From: Thermoplasmata archaeon
GTDB lineage: Archaea > Thermoplasmatota > Thermoplasmata > Lutacidiplasmatales > UBA184
NCBI GenBank assembly: GCA_021806135.1
Contig: JAJZYB010000003.1
Span: 24,393 to 88,392 of the forward strand
Reading direction: 5' to 3'
DNA length: 64,000 bases
The notes beneath the pieces were generated by a model. That model was given only the letters and a program-made list of their open reading frames with translations. It was not told the origin of the DNA and ran no database searches. Position 1 is the stretch's first letter. Each line of letters begins with the position of its first letter. The translations under genes and the position numbers were made by a program. Below, piece by piece: positions 57,281 to 64,000 of this stretch.

Positions 57281-57688
57281 ATGGCGGTCATCCAGAGTCT
57301 GGACGAAGCGGACTTCCAGGGCCGCCATCTCTCCCGTCCCGGCCGGGTGGCCGTGCTCTTCCGGATGGCCACCTGCCCGTACAGCCGAGCCTTCCGGTTC
57401 GAGTACGGGCACATGCCGGCGCCGGCGGGGGTCCTCCTCGCCGACTACGTGCTCGGGAACTTCTACGAACGGCTTCCCCTGACCTTTGACATTGCGGTGG
57501 TGCCCACCGTCCTGGGATTCGAGGATGGCACCCTTCGTTGGAGGCATGACGGGGCACCGGGAAAGGGCCTGGGCGAGGCCACCTTGCGGCAGATCCTCTC
57601 CTGGACGCCGCCCCCGATGCCTGCCTCCTCAGCCAGGAGAGAGAGCCCCGGACCGGAGAAGGGTTCTGGACCGCTCCCGCCCCCCTGA
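57281..57688 (+). CDS. Thioredoxin-fold protein (monothiol CxxS)
   Basis: VLFRMATCPYSR, FDIAVVPTVLGFEDG (cis-Pro motif). Confidence 0.75.
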   Translation: MAVIQSLDEADFQGRHLSRPGRVAVLFRMATCPYSRAFRFEYGHMPAPAGVLLADYVLGNFYERLPLTFDIAVVPTVLGFEDGTLRWRHDGAPGKGLGEATLRQILSWTPPPMPASSARRESPGPEKGSGPLPPP

Positions 57689-57749
57689 CCCCCCGGCCGC
57701 GGTGCCCGGAGGGAAGGGGTCCGGGCCCTGCCGGGGACACGCCGCGCGC

Positions 57750-58901
57750 TCAGAAGTCGACCGGCCTTCCGTCCCACGCGCAGAGGACCAGTCGGGAGAG
57801 CTCGGTGGTGGAGGGCACCCGCCCGCTGGCCACCACTCCCGTGAACCGTTCGGCTGCTTCGATGACGGAAGGGAGGGCCCCGACCAGGTCGTCCCGGCGG
57901 ACCGGGATCGCGAGGGAAAGGTTCCTCGGCACCCCCAGGGCCTCCCAGAGCTCCCGGACGCGGCCGGCGATCTCCGGCCCGCTGCGCACGGCACCCTCCC
58001 CCAACCAACGGCCGAGTTGACGGTACTTCTCACGGGCGGCGAGGAAGGTGAACTCCAGCACCGACGGAAGGAGCGCGGCCGCGACCTTCCCGTGGCTCAC
58101 CCCGAACCGCGGCGCGAGGGCATGCGCCAGGGCGTGGCCCATCCCCATCTGGGCGTGCGCCTGCGCCAGCCCGGCGAGCCCGGAGGCGATGAGCAGATGC
58201 TCCCGGAGGTCGTCGGGTGGATCGGGCCTCAGGACCCGGGGAGCCCTCTCGAGCAGGGTCTCCACCGCCTGTTTGGCCAGGGCCTCCGAAAAGGGGTCGG
58301 ACCATTCCGATCCCAAGGACTCCAGGGCGTGGCTAAGGGCGTCCGCCGCTCCCAGGGCCACGGCAGCAGGCGGGAGGGAGCGGACCAGCAGCGGCTCCAG
58401 GAGCACCCAATCCGCGGCCAGGTTCCGGTGCGTCAGTTCCCGCACCGGGCCCTCCCGGCTCCGCTTGAGCATGGCGGTCCAGGACATCTCGTTCCCGGGC
58501 CCCACCGTGCAGGGGATCAGCACCAGGGGCGGGTGCGGTCCGCCCGGAAGGTCCACGAGCAGGGTGATCTCCGCCGGGTCGAGCCCGGGGCTCCCGCCCA
58601 GGGCGGAGGCCACCTTCGCCACGTCCAGGAGCTCCTCGCCTCCCAACCCCACGAGGAGGTCTGCGCCGCACTCCCGCGCACGCGCCGCTGCCCGGGCGGC
58701 CCCTCCCAGGTCGAGGGCGTCCACCTCCAGGAGCTCCACGGTCTTCCCCTGCTTCGCCCGCTGCTCCCGGGTAGCCAAGACCCCGGGCGATCCCGCAGCA
58801 CCCGGCTCCACGAGAAGGAGCGTCCGGTCTCCCGGCAGGGAGGCCAAGGACTCCAGCGCACCGGGGCCGAAGCTCACCCGGGGGGGCGTAAAGAAACCCA
58901 C
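57750..58901 (-). CDS. Iron-containing alcohol dehydrogenase family protein
   Basis: FGPGAL, D.AK, IPCTVGPG.E, DALSHALES, HALAH, VSHG. Confidence 0.85.
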   Translation of the reverse strand: MGFFTPPRVSFGPGALESLASLPGDRTLLLVEPGAAGSPGVLATREQRAKQGKTVELLEVDALDLGGAARAAARARECGADLLVGLGGEELLDVAKVASALGGSPGLDPAEITLLVDLPGGPHPPLVLIPCTVGPGNEMSWTAMLKRSREGPVRELTHRNLAADWVLLEPLLVRSLPPAAVALGAADALSHALESLGSEWSDPFSEALAKQAVETLLERAPRVLRPDPPDDLREHLLIASGLAGLAQAHAQMGMGHALAHALAPRFGVSHGKVAAALLPSVLEFTFLAAREKYRQLGRWLGEGAVRSGPEIAGRVRELWEALGVPRNLSLAIPVRRDDLVGALPSVIEAAERFTGVVASGRVPSTTELSRLVLCAWDGRPVDF

Positions 58902-58935
58902 AGTTCCGCCGTGGCCGGAAGGACCCCCTCCGGCG

Positions 58936-59340
58936 CTAAACGAACTCCGTGGGGATGAGGGTGGCGGTGTTGACCAGTTCCCGGGCCGCCCGGTTGTAGC
59001 GCATGACCTTCAACATGTTCCCTTTGAACCGGAACTGCCCGCCCATGAGGGCCTGGACCGGATCGATCTCCTTGGCGATCAATTTCCTCCAGTTCCCGTA
59101 GCTCCCCTCGAGGCTGAAGGCCGCCGATCTCGCTTGTGGGTTCGGCAACATCTCCGCCTCGCGGCACTTCCCGTGGAAGAGGTCGAGGTAAAAGGTGGCC
59201 GGCTCGAGCAGCCCTTGATCCGGCTGGATGAGGAAGACGAAGTCCCCTTCCCAGGTCCGGGCTGCCTCCTCGTAGGCGGCGTTCCGGTTCAGTTCTTCCT
59301 GGAAGAGGGCGATCCACTCACGGGAGGGGAAGAGCGCCAT
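58936..59340 (-). CDS. SCP2 sterol/lipid-binding domain protein
   Basis: FPSREW, WEGDF, DLFHGKC, IDPVQALMGGQFRFKGNM. Confidence 0.88.
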   Translation of the reverse strand: MALFPSREWIALFQEELNRNAAYEEAARTWEGDFVFLIQPDQGLLEPATFYLDLFHGKCREAEMLPNPQARSAAFSLEGSYGNWRKLIAKEIDPVQALMGGQFRFKGNMLKVMRYNRAARELVNTATLIPTEFV

Positions 59341-59405
59341 GATACTGCCGGACCGGAAGGGCCGAACGGTTAAGGTATTACCCCGGGCCGGGCCTGCGTA
59401 GTCCC

Positions 59406-60782
59406 ATGGAAGAGATGGAGAAGCGTGCTCCCGCCGGAGCCGGGGTCCCGGGGGAAGGCCCGTCCTTCCCCGAAGGATCGTCGCCCGCCATCGTCGAGGT
59501 ACGGGGCAAACGGGTGGTCCTTCACGGGTTCGAGTTCGAGAGCGAGGAGCTCAGTGGGGCCTTGCTTCCCTTGGATGCGGCCGGACGGGAGGCCCATCTC
59601 CAGCGCGTCATCGAGGTGGGCGTCTATTGCCTGGAGCGGGCCGGGAACGTCCGGGACCTGGACTTCGTCCGGCAGCAGGTGCGTTCGCTCCTGGAGGAAG
59701 TGGATGGGGCGGTCCGCTCGATCCCTTCCACGCTGGAGTCGCAGCTCGCCTCCCGGCTGGGGACCGACCCGGGGCAGGTGCTCGCCCCGGTCCGTACCGC
59801 CGTGGAGGCCGCCTCCGACGCGACCCATCGCCGGGTCCGCGAGGTCGAGGAACTGCTCCGGTCGGAGATCAACCCGACCAACGAGGCGTCCTCCCTCGGC
59901 CGGGCGCTGCGGTCGATCCAGGACCTCCTGGACCCCCGGAGGACCGATTCGGTCCAGGCCATGCTCGGGGAGGCGGTCCGCCAGCTCTCCGGGCCGGAAG
60001 GGAACCTCACCGGGTCGGTCCGCTCGGTGGTCCAGGAGACGGTGCGGCCCCTTGTGGAGCAGGTGAACGCCCTGACCCAACGCATGGCGGAGGAGGCGGG
60101 GGCGGACTCGGTGGTCCAGCAGACCCCGCTCAAGGGGCAGGAGTACGAGGAGCACGTGGTGGGACTGCTCCAGGGGTGGGCCCGGATGGTGGGAGCCCAG
60201 GTGGAGCACGTGGGACCGGACAATTCTCCCGGGGACGTGGTGGTCACGCTTCCGAGCAGCGGCCTGACCGGAAAGCCGTACCGCCTGGCGGTGGAGGTGA
60301 AGGACCGGACGGACCCCCAGGGACGCACGGTGATCCAGAGCGCGCTGACCCGGGTGATGCAGACCCGGCAGTGCCAGGCCGCGCTCTGGGTCGGCCGTTC
60401 GCCGGAGGGCTTTGCCCGGGAGATCGGGGATTGGGGAGAGGGGGAGCTGCCGGAAGGGCCGTGGGTGGCCTGCACCGAGGAGCACCTGAGGACGGCGCTC
60501 CGCTTTCTGGTGGTCCTGCTCTCGCTGAAGTCCAGGCAGGACGGGTCCACCGGGTTGCCGGCCGATCAGCTGCGCGACGAGATGCTGCGGCTGAGGGACG
60601 GATTGAACCACCTGAAGAACATCCGGACGAAGGTGACGAACGCGCGGGGTCTCCTGGACGAGATCGACGAGAACGCCCGGGACCTTCGGGAAGTGGTGGA
60701 CGGCTCGTTGGACCGGCTGGAAAGGGCGTTGAAGGGTTCGTCGGTCGGCCGGGGAACGATCGATGGGCCGACGGCGGGTTGA
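59406..60782 (+). CDS. Coiled-coil protein with PD-(D/E)XK nuclease-like domain (RmuC-like architecture)
   Basis: Long helical N-terminus; KGQEYEE...PGDVVV...AVEVKDR; C-terminal coiled coil. Confidence 0.7.
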   Translation: MEEMEKRAPAGAGVPGEGPSFPEGSSPAIVEVRGKRVVLHGFEFESEELSGALLPLDAAGREAHLQRVIEVGVYCLERAGNVRDLDFVRQQVRSLLEEVDGAVRSIPSTLESQLASRLGTDPGQVLAPVRTAVEAASDATHRRVREVEELLRSEINPTNEASSLGRALRSIQDLLDPRRTDSVQAMLGEAVRQLSGPEGNLTGSVRSVVQETVRPLVEQVNALTQRMAEEAGADSVVQQTPLKGQEYEEHVVGLLQGWARMVGAQVEHVGPDNSPGDVVVTLPSSGLTGKPYRLAVEVKDRTDPQGRTVIQSALTRVMQTRQCQAALWVGRSPEGFAREIGDWGEGELPEGPWVACTEEHLRTALRFLVVLLSLKSRQDGSTGLPADQLRDEMLRLRDGLNHLKNIRTKVTNARGLLDEIDENARDLREVVDGSLDRLERALKGSSVGRGTIDGPTAG

Positions 60783-60794
60783 GCGCGGGGGGAT

Positions 60795-60956
60795 TCAGCG
60801 GTCCCTTTCGCGTTCCGGGAAGAGGACAAGGCTCACGCCGCAGACCCCAAAGAGGGCTCGCCCGGCCTCGGCGTAGGCCCGGTCCGCGGGGGTGGAGCCG
60901 AGGGCTCCGGTCACGGGTCTCGTCAACGGCGCCAGTTCGATCTTGATGGCCGTCAT
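60795..60956 (-). CDS. Short ORF (53 aa), possible gene remnant
   Basis: MTAIKIELAPLTRPVTGALG...; TATA-like AAATATATA about 28 nt upstream, with palindromes between. Confidence 0.35.
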   Translation of the reverse strand: MTAIKIELAPLTRPVTGALGSTPADRAYAEAGRALFGVCGVSLVLFPERERDR

Positions 60957-60995
60957 CTATGATGACGTTTGTCAGACAAACCGTATATATTTGTC
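60952..60995. promoter_or_regulatory. Tandem palindromic operator-like sites plus TATA box
   Basis: GTCATC-tat-GATGAC (60952-60966), GTTTGTC-a-GACAAAC (60967-60981), TATATATTT (60984-60992). Confidence 0.55.
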
Positions 60996-61075
60996 GGTCC
61001 AGGCGTCGCCAGCTCCGGGTCTAGTTGGAAGGCACGATTTCGCACCCCCCTTAGGAGAGCAGAGACCATCTCATT

Positions 61076-61501
61076 TCACGGAGTGCGAGTGAGACGGCCG
61101 ACGGTGGTGACCACCGGCACAGGGTTCAGCGTGTTATGCTTCGCCCAATCACGCAGGATCTGGAAGACCTGGGAGAACTCCTGGCCCTTTTCGGTGATCT
61201 CGTACTCCACCCGCGGCGGGATCTCGCTGTACGCCCGCCGGACCACGATGCCCGCCTCCACGAGGGTCTTCAACCGGTGGGTGAGGGTCTTGGGGGAGAG
61301 GTTCAGACGGTTCTGGATCTCGGTGAACCGGAGGGGCCGGCCCGGTGACCCGAGGAGCGCGCTCAGGATGTCGAGCATGTGGGGTTGACCGAGCATGGCG
61401 AAGAGGTCGGCGACAGGACACCCTGCCCGATAGCCCTGTGAGGTGGCCCGTCCCTCCCCTCTGGGGAACCGGACGAAGGGCGGCGGAGAAGTTTCGGACA
61501 T
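61076..61501 (-). CDS. HxlR-family wHTH regulator
   Basis: GCPV, LRFTEIQ, SPKTLTHRLK, EIPPRVEYEITEKG. Confidence 0.92.
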   Translation of the reverse strand: MSETSPPPFVRFPRGEGRATSQGYRAGCPVADLFAMLGQPHMLDILSALLGSPGRPLRFTEIQNRLNLSPKTLTHRLKTLVEAGIVVRRAYSEIPPRVEYEITEKGQEFSQVFQILRDWAKHNTLNPVPVVTTVGRLTRTP

Positions 61502-61648
61502 GACGTATAGTTCATTCCCGGCAAAGTATTAAAGTCCTTTCTCAACGGAATAGCCTCTCCAAAGTCCCTCCTCTACCCCTCGGCAGTGGCCCGTGATGTC
61601 CAGTAGCATTTGTAAAGCTAAAATAGTTTCCAGAGGGTATCATTGGCG

Positions 61649-62323
61649 ATGTCAGACACCCTGGTGTTGGGATCCCCTCCTTGGCCCGAGCCGGTCGACC
61701 CCCTGCGGAAGGGGCCCCGGAACCAGCTCTTACGGAGCCCGGAGGCCCGGGTCCATCCGGTCTTCCTGGAGCGCTGGTCCCCCCGCTCCTTCATCCCCGA
61801 GCCCATCCCACCGAAGGAACTACGGAGCCTCTTCGAGGCCGCACGCTGGGCCCCCTCGGCGAACAACGTCCAGCCCTGGCTCTTCCTCTACGCCCAAAGG
61901 TCCGAGGACCGGCAGCGGTTCCTCGAGGGGCTCCACCCGCGCAACCGGGCATGGGCCGCCCGGGCGCCCGTGCTCGCCTACTTGCTCGCCCGTACCCACC
62001 TCCCCGGCCCGGAAGGGACCGGTCCGGTCCCCAACCCCAACGCACGGTTCGATGCGGGAGCCGCCTGGATGGCCCTCGCCCTCCAGGCCCGGTTCCTCGG
62101 GCTCTCCACCCACGCCATGGGCGGGTTGGAGCGTCCCGGGGTCTATTCGATCCTCGGGGTCTCCCCCGAGGAGTTTGAGATCCTCGTCGGCATCGCCATC
62201 GGACGGAGCGGGGATTGGGACGCCCTCCCTCCGGATCTGGCCGCAAGGGAGCACCCGAGCTCCCGGAAGCCCCTCTCGGCGATCTACCAGGAAGGACCGC
62301 TCGGCAGCGCCGGGACCGGCTGA
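61649..62323 (+). CDS. Nitroreductase family protein
   Basis: ERWSPRSF, EAARWAPSANNVQPW, FDAGAA, HAMGG. Divergent from the HxlR gene. Confidence 0.92.
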   Translation: MSDTLVLGSPPWPEPVDPLRKGPRNQLLRSPEARVHPVFLERWSPRSFIPEPIPPKELRSLFEAARWAPSANNVQPWLFLYAQRSEDRQRFLEGLHPRNRAWAARAPVLAYLLARTHLPGPEGTGPVPNPNARFDAGAAWMALALQARFLGLSTHAMGGLERPGVYSILGVSPEEFEILVGIAIGRSGDWDALPPDLAAREHPSSRKPLSAIYQEGPLGSAGTG

Positions 62324-62355
62324 GCCCCCCCCGTGGACGGGAAACCCCCCCCACC

Positions 62356-63321
62356 TCAGGCGTAGTCGTAGAACCCACGCCCGGTCTTCCGACCCAGGTG
62401 TCCGGCGTCCACCAGCCGCTTGAGCGCCAGGGAGGGACGGTACTTCGGATCCCCGTACTCCGTCTGGAGGATCTGCGCAACCTCCAGGCAGACGTCGAGG
62501 CCGATCATGTCCGCCAGCTCCAGCGGCCCCATGGGAAGACCCGCGCCGGCCTTGAGCGCCTGGTCCAGCTCCCGGGCAGAGACCACTCCCTCATCCAGCG
62601 CGAAACAGGCTTCGTTGAGCATGGGGATCAAGAGCCGGTTCACCAGGAAGCCGGGCACCTCCTTCACCCGGATCGGGACGAGCGGGTAGCGGTGGTTGCG
62701 GAGTCCCTGGAGGAACTCCAGCGTATCGGTCACCACGTCCTCCCGTGTGTCCACCCCGGCCACCACTTCCACCAGGGGAAGCGTGGTCGGGGGATTGAAG
62801 AAGTGGGTCACCAGGCTGTTCCGGGCATGGAGAAGGCCCCGGGCCAGGCGCGTGACCGAGAGGGAGGAGGTGTTGGTGGCGAGGACGGCGTGCTCCGGAA
62901 GGATCCGGTCGAGGGCCTCGAAGATCCCCCGTTTCACCGGAAAGCTCTCGAAAGCGGCCTCCACCACGAGGTCCACGTCGCGGAAGGCGGAGTCCTCGGT
63001 CGTCCCCTCAACCCGGTGGACGATCTGCTCTGCCCGGGCGCGGCTGAACTTCGGCTTGAGACGTTCCTGGAGGATTCCCTCCTGCTCGGGAGTGAGCTTG
63101 AGCCCCATCCCTTCGAGGCGTTCCCGTTCCTTCTCCAGACGCGCTTCCTGGAAGCGGAGGAGCTCCTCGGTGAAGCCCCGTACCCGGTTCAACCCGCGTT
63201 GCACCAGGTCCTCCCGCACATCCTTGAGGACCACCGGTATCTCGTTGAAGGCGAGCACCTCGGCGATGGCAGCTCCCATGGTCCCGGCCCCGACCACCCC
63301 GGCCTTCCGGACGTAGAGCAT
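62356..63321 (-). CDS. 3-hydroxyacyl(butyryl)-CoA dehydrogenase
   Basis: GAGTMG, VEAAFE, TNTSS, HFFNP, PGFLVNR, PMGPLELAD.IGLD, LGRKTGRGFY. Confidence 0.93.
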   Translation of the reverse strand: MLYVRKAGVVGAGTMGAAIAEVLAFNEIPVVLKDVREDLVQRGLNRVRGFTEELLRFQEARLEKERERLEGMGLKLTPEQEGILQERLKPKFSRARAEQIVHRVEGTTEDSAFRDVDLVVEAAFESFPVKRGIFEALDRILPEHAVLATNTSSLSVTRLARGLLHARNSLVTHFFNPPTTLPLVEVVAGVDTREDVVTDTLEFLQGLRNHRYPLVPIRVKEVPGFLVNRLLIPMLNEACFALDEGVVSARELDQALKAGAGLPMGPLELADMIGLDVCLEVAQILQTEYGDPKYRPSLALKRLVDAGHLGRKTGRGFYDYA

Positions 63322-64000
63322 GGAATTCCCGAGGGGGCGCAGCCGGCGGACGCTACTTAATCTCGCGGGCCGGGGGAAGGAGCCATGTCTCGCTCGGACT
63401 CCCGCGTCGCCGCCCTAAGGAATCCTCTTCGAACTCCCCCGGGGAACTCCGTGTCGGCATCCCGCAGCTCCTTCGCCGACGGCGTGGGGGAAGCGCTCCC
63501 CCCCTGACCCGCCCCTCGGTCTGCCGGTCCCGGGGGAGGTGGAGCAGGAAGAAGATGGAGCCGGCCCATGTGCCCTCGAACACCTCCTGGACGACCCCAC
63601 GGCTCGGGGTTCGGCCAGCGCATGGCAACGCGGGTGGGCGAGCCCCGGAGGCGCTGCACCCCGGCGTAGCGGAAGGCCCTGGCCTTCTTGGATGACACGG
63701 CGGAGGGGTGGACCGGGAGGAACCCTACGAGGCGATGGACCCGGGTCTCTCGTTCGCCGATCCCCCCTCGTCTCTTTGGGCCGACTCTCCGCCCGTCCCT
63801 TCTTGGGGGCAGAAGTGGGCATGGGGGTTCGCCGCCCTCCCGGAGCCGGCCGGGGCCCCCCACGTCTCCCGGACTTCATCCCCGGCGCCGGCGCGGCGGG
63901 AGGGACCTCGTTCCTCCTCCCGCGTAGCCTCGGGGCGCGTGTACGGCCGGTCCCATCCCCGCACGCCCTCGGGCCCGCAGTCCAGCCGATGCGCCACGAC

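Noticed and set aside
61502-61648. AT-rich patch as a possible horizontal-transfer boundary
   Set aside because: Adequately explained as the divergent promoter/operator region of the HxlR-nitroreductase pair; no att site, tRNA or integrase is nearby.
63350-64000. Possible decayed yjbQ-like fragment (EGTWAGSIFFL) and several open frames at the window end
   Set aside because: The similarity is too weak and split over frames, so no frame could be supported as coding.

Overview
A very GC-rich archaeal chromosomal segment. The gene set (psmA-SBDS-rrp4-rrp41-rrp42-rpl37ae-rpoP, radB, class II GlyRS, DUF835, TATA-box promoters) is archaeal and, by inference, most consistent with a high-GC Thermoplasmata lineage. 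It is mostly housekeeping and metabolic DNA. It carries one apparently intact IS607-family element (TnpA plus TnpB) inserted in the 3' end of a pfkB gene, a polyphosphate cluster (ppx, two thymidylate-kinase-like genes, CHAD, nearby sixA), and an AddAB-like helicase-nuclease pair next to radB. A large sulfur/Fe-S island has a SufR-like regulator heading a cysteine synthase / JAMM protease / ubiquitin-like-E1-rhodanese fusion operon, divergent from sufCSB, with sufD, sufU, ferredoxin and a radical SAM gene downstream. The most unusual items are that Ubl-E1-rhodanese polyprotein operon, a Kelch-propeller + PKD ectodomain fused to a DppB-type ABC permease, an EarP-like glycosyltransferase in an archaeon, an Arg/Gly-rich extension on Rrp4, and several structured non-coding intervals. 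No rRNA, tRNA or CRISPR array was recognised. All assignments come from motif reading by eye; no database searches were run.
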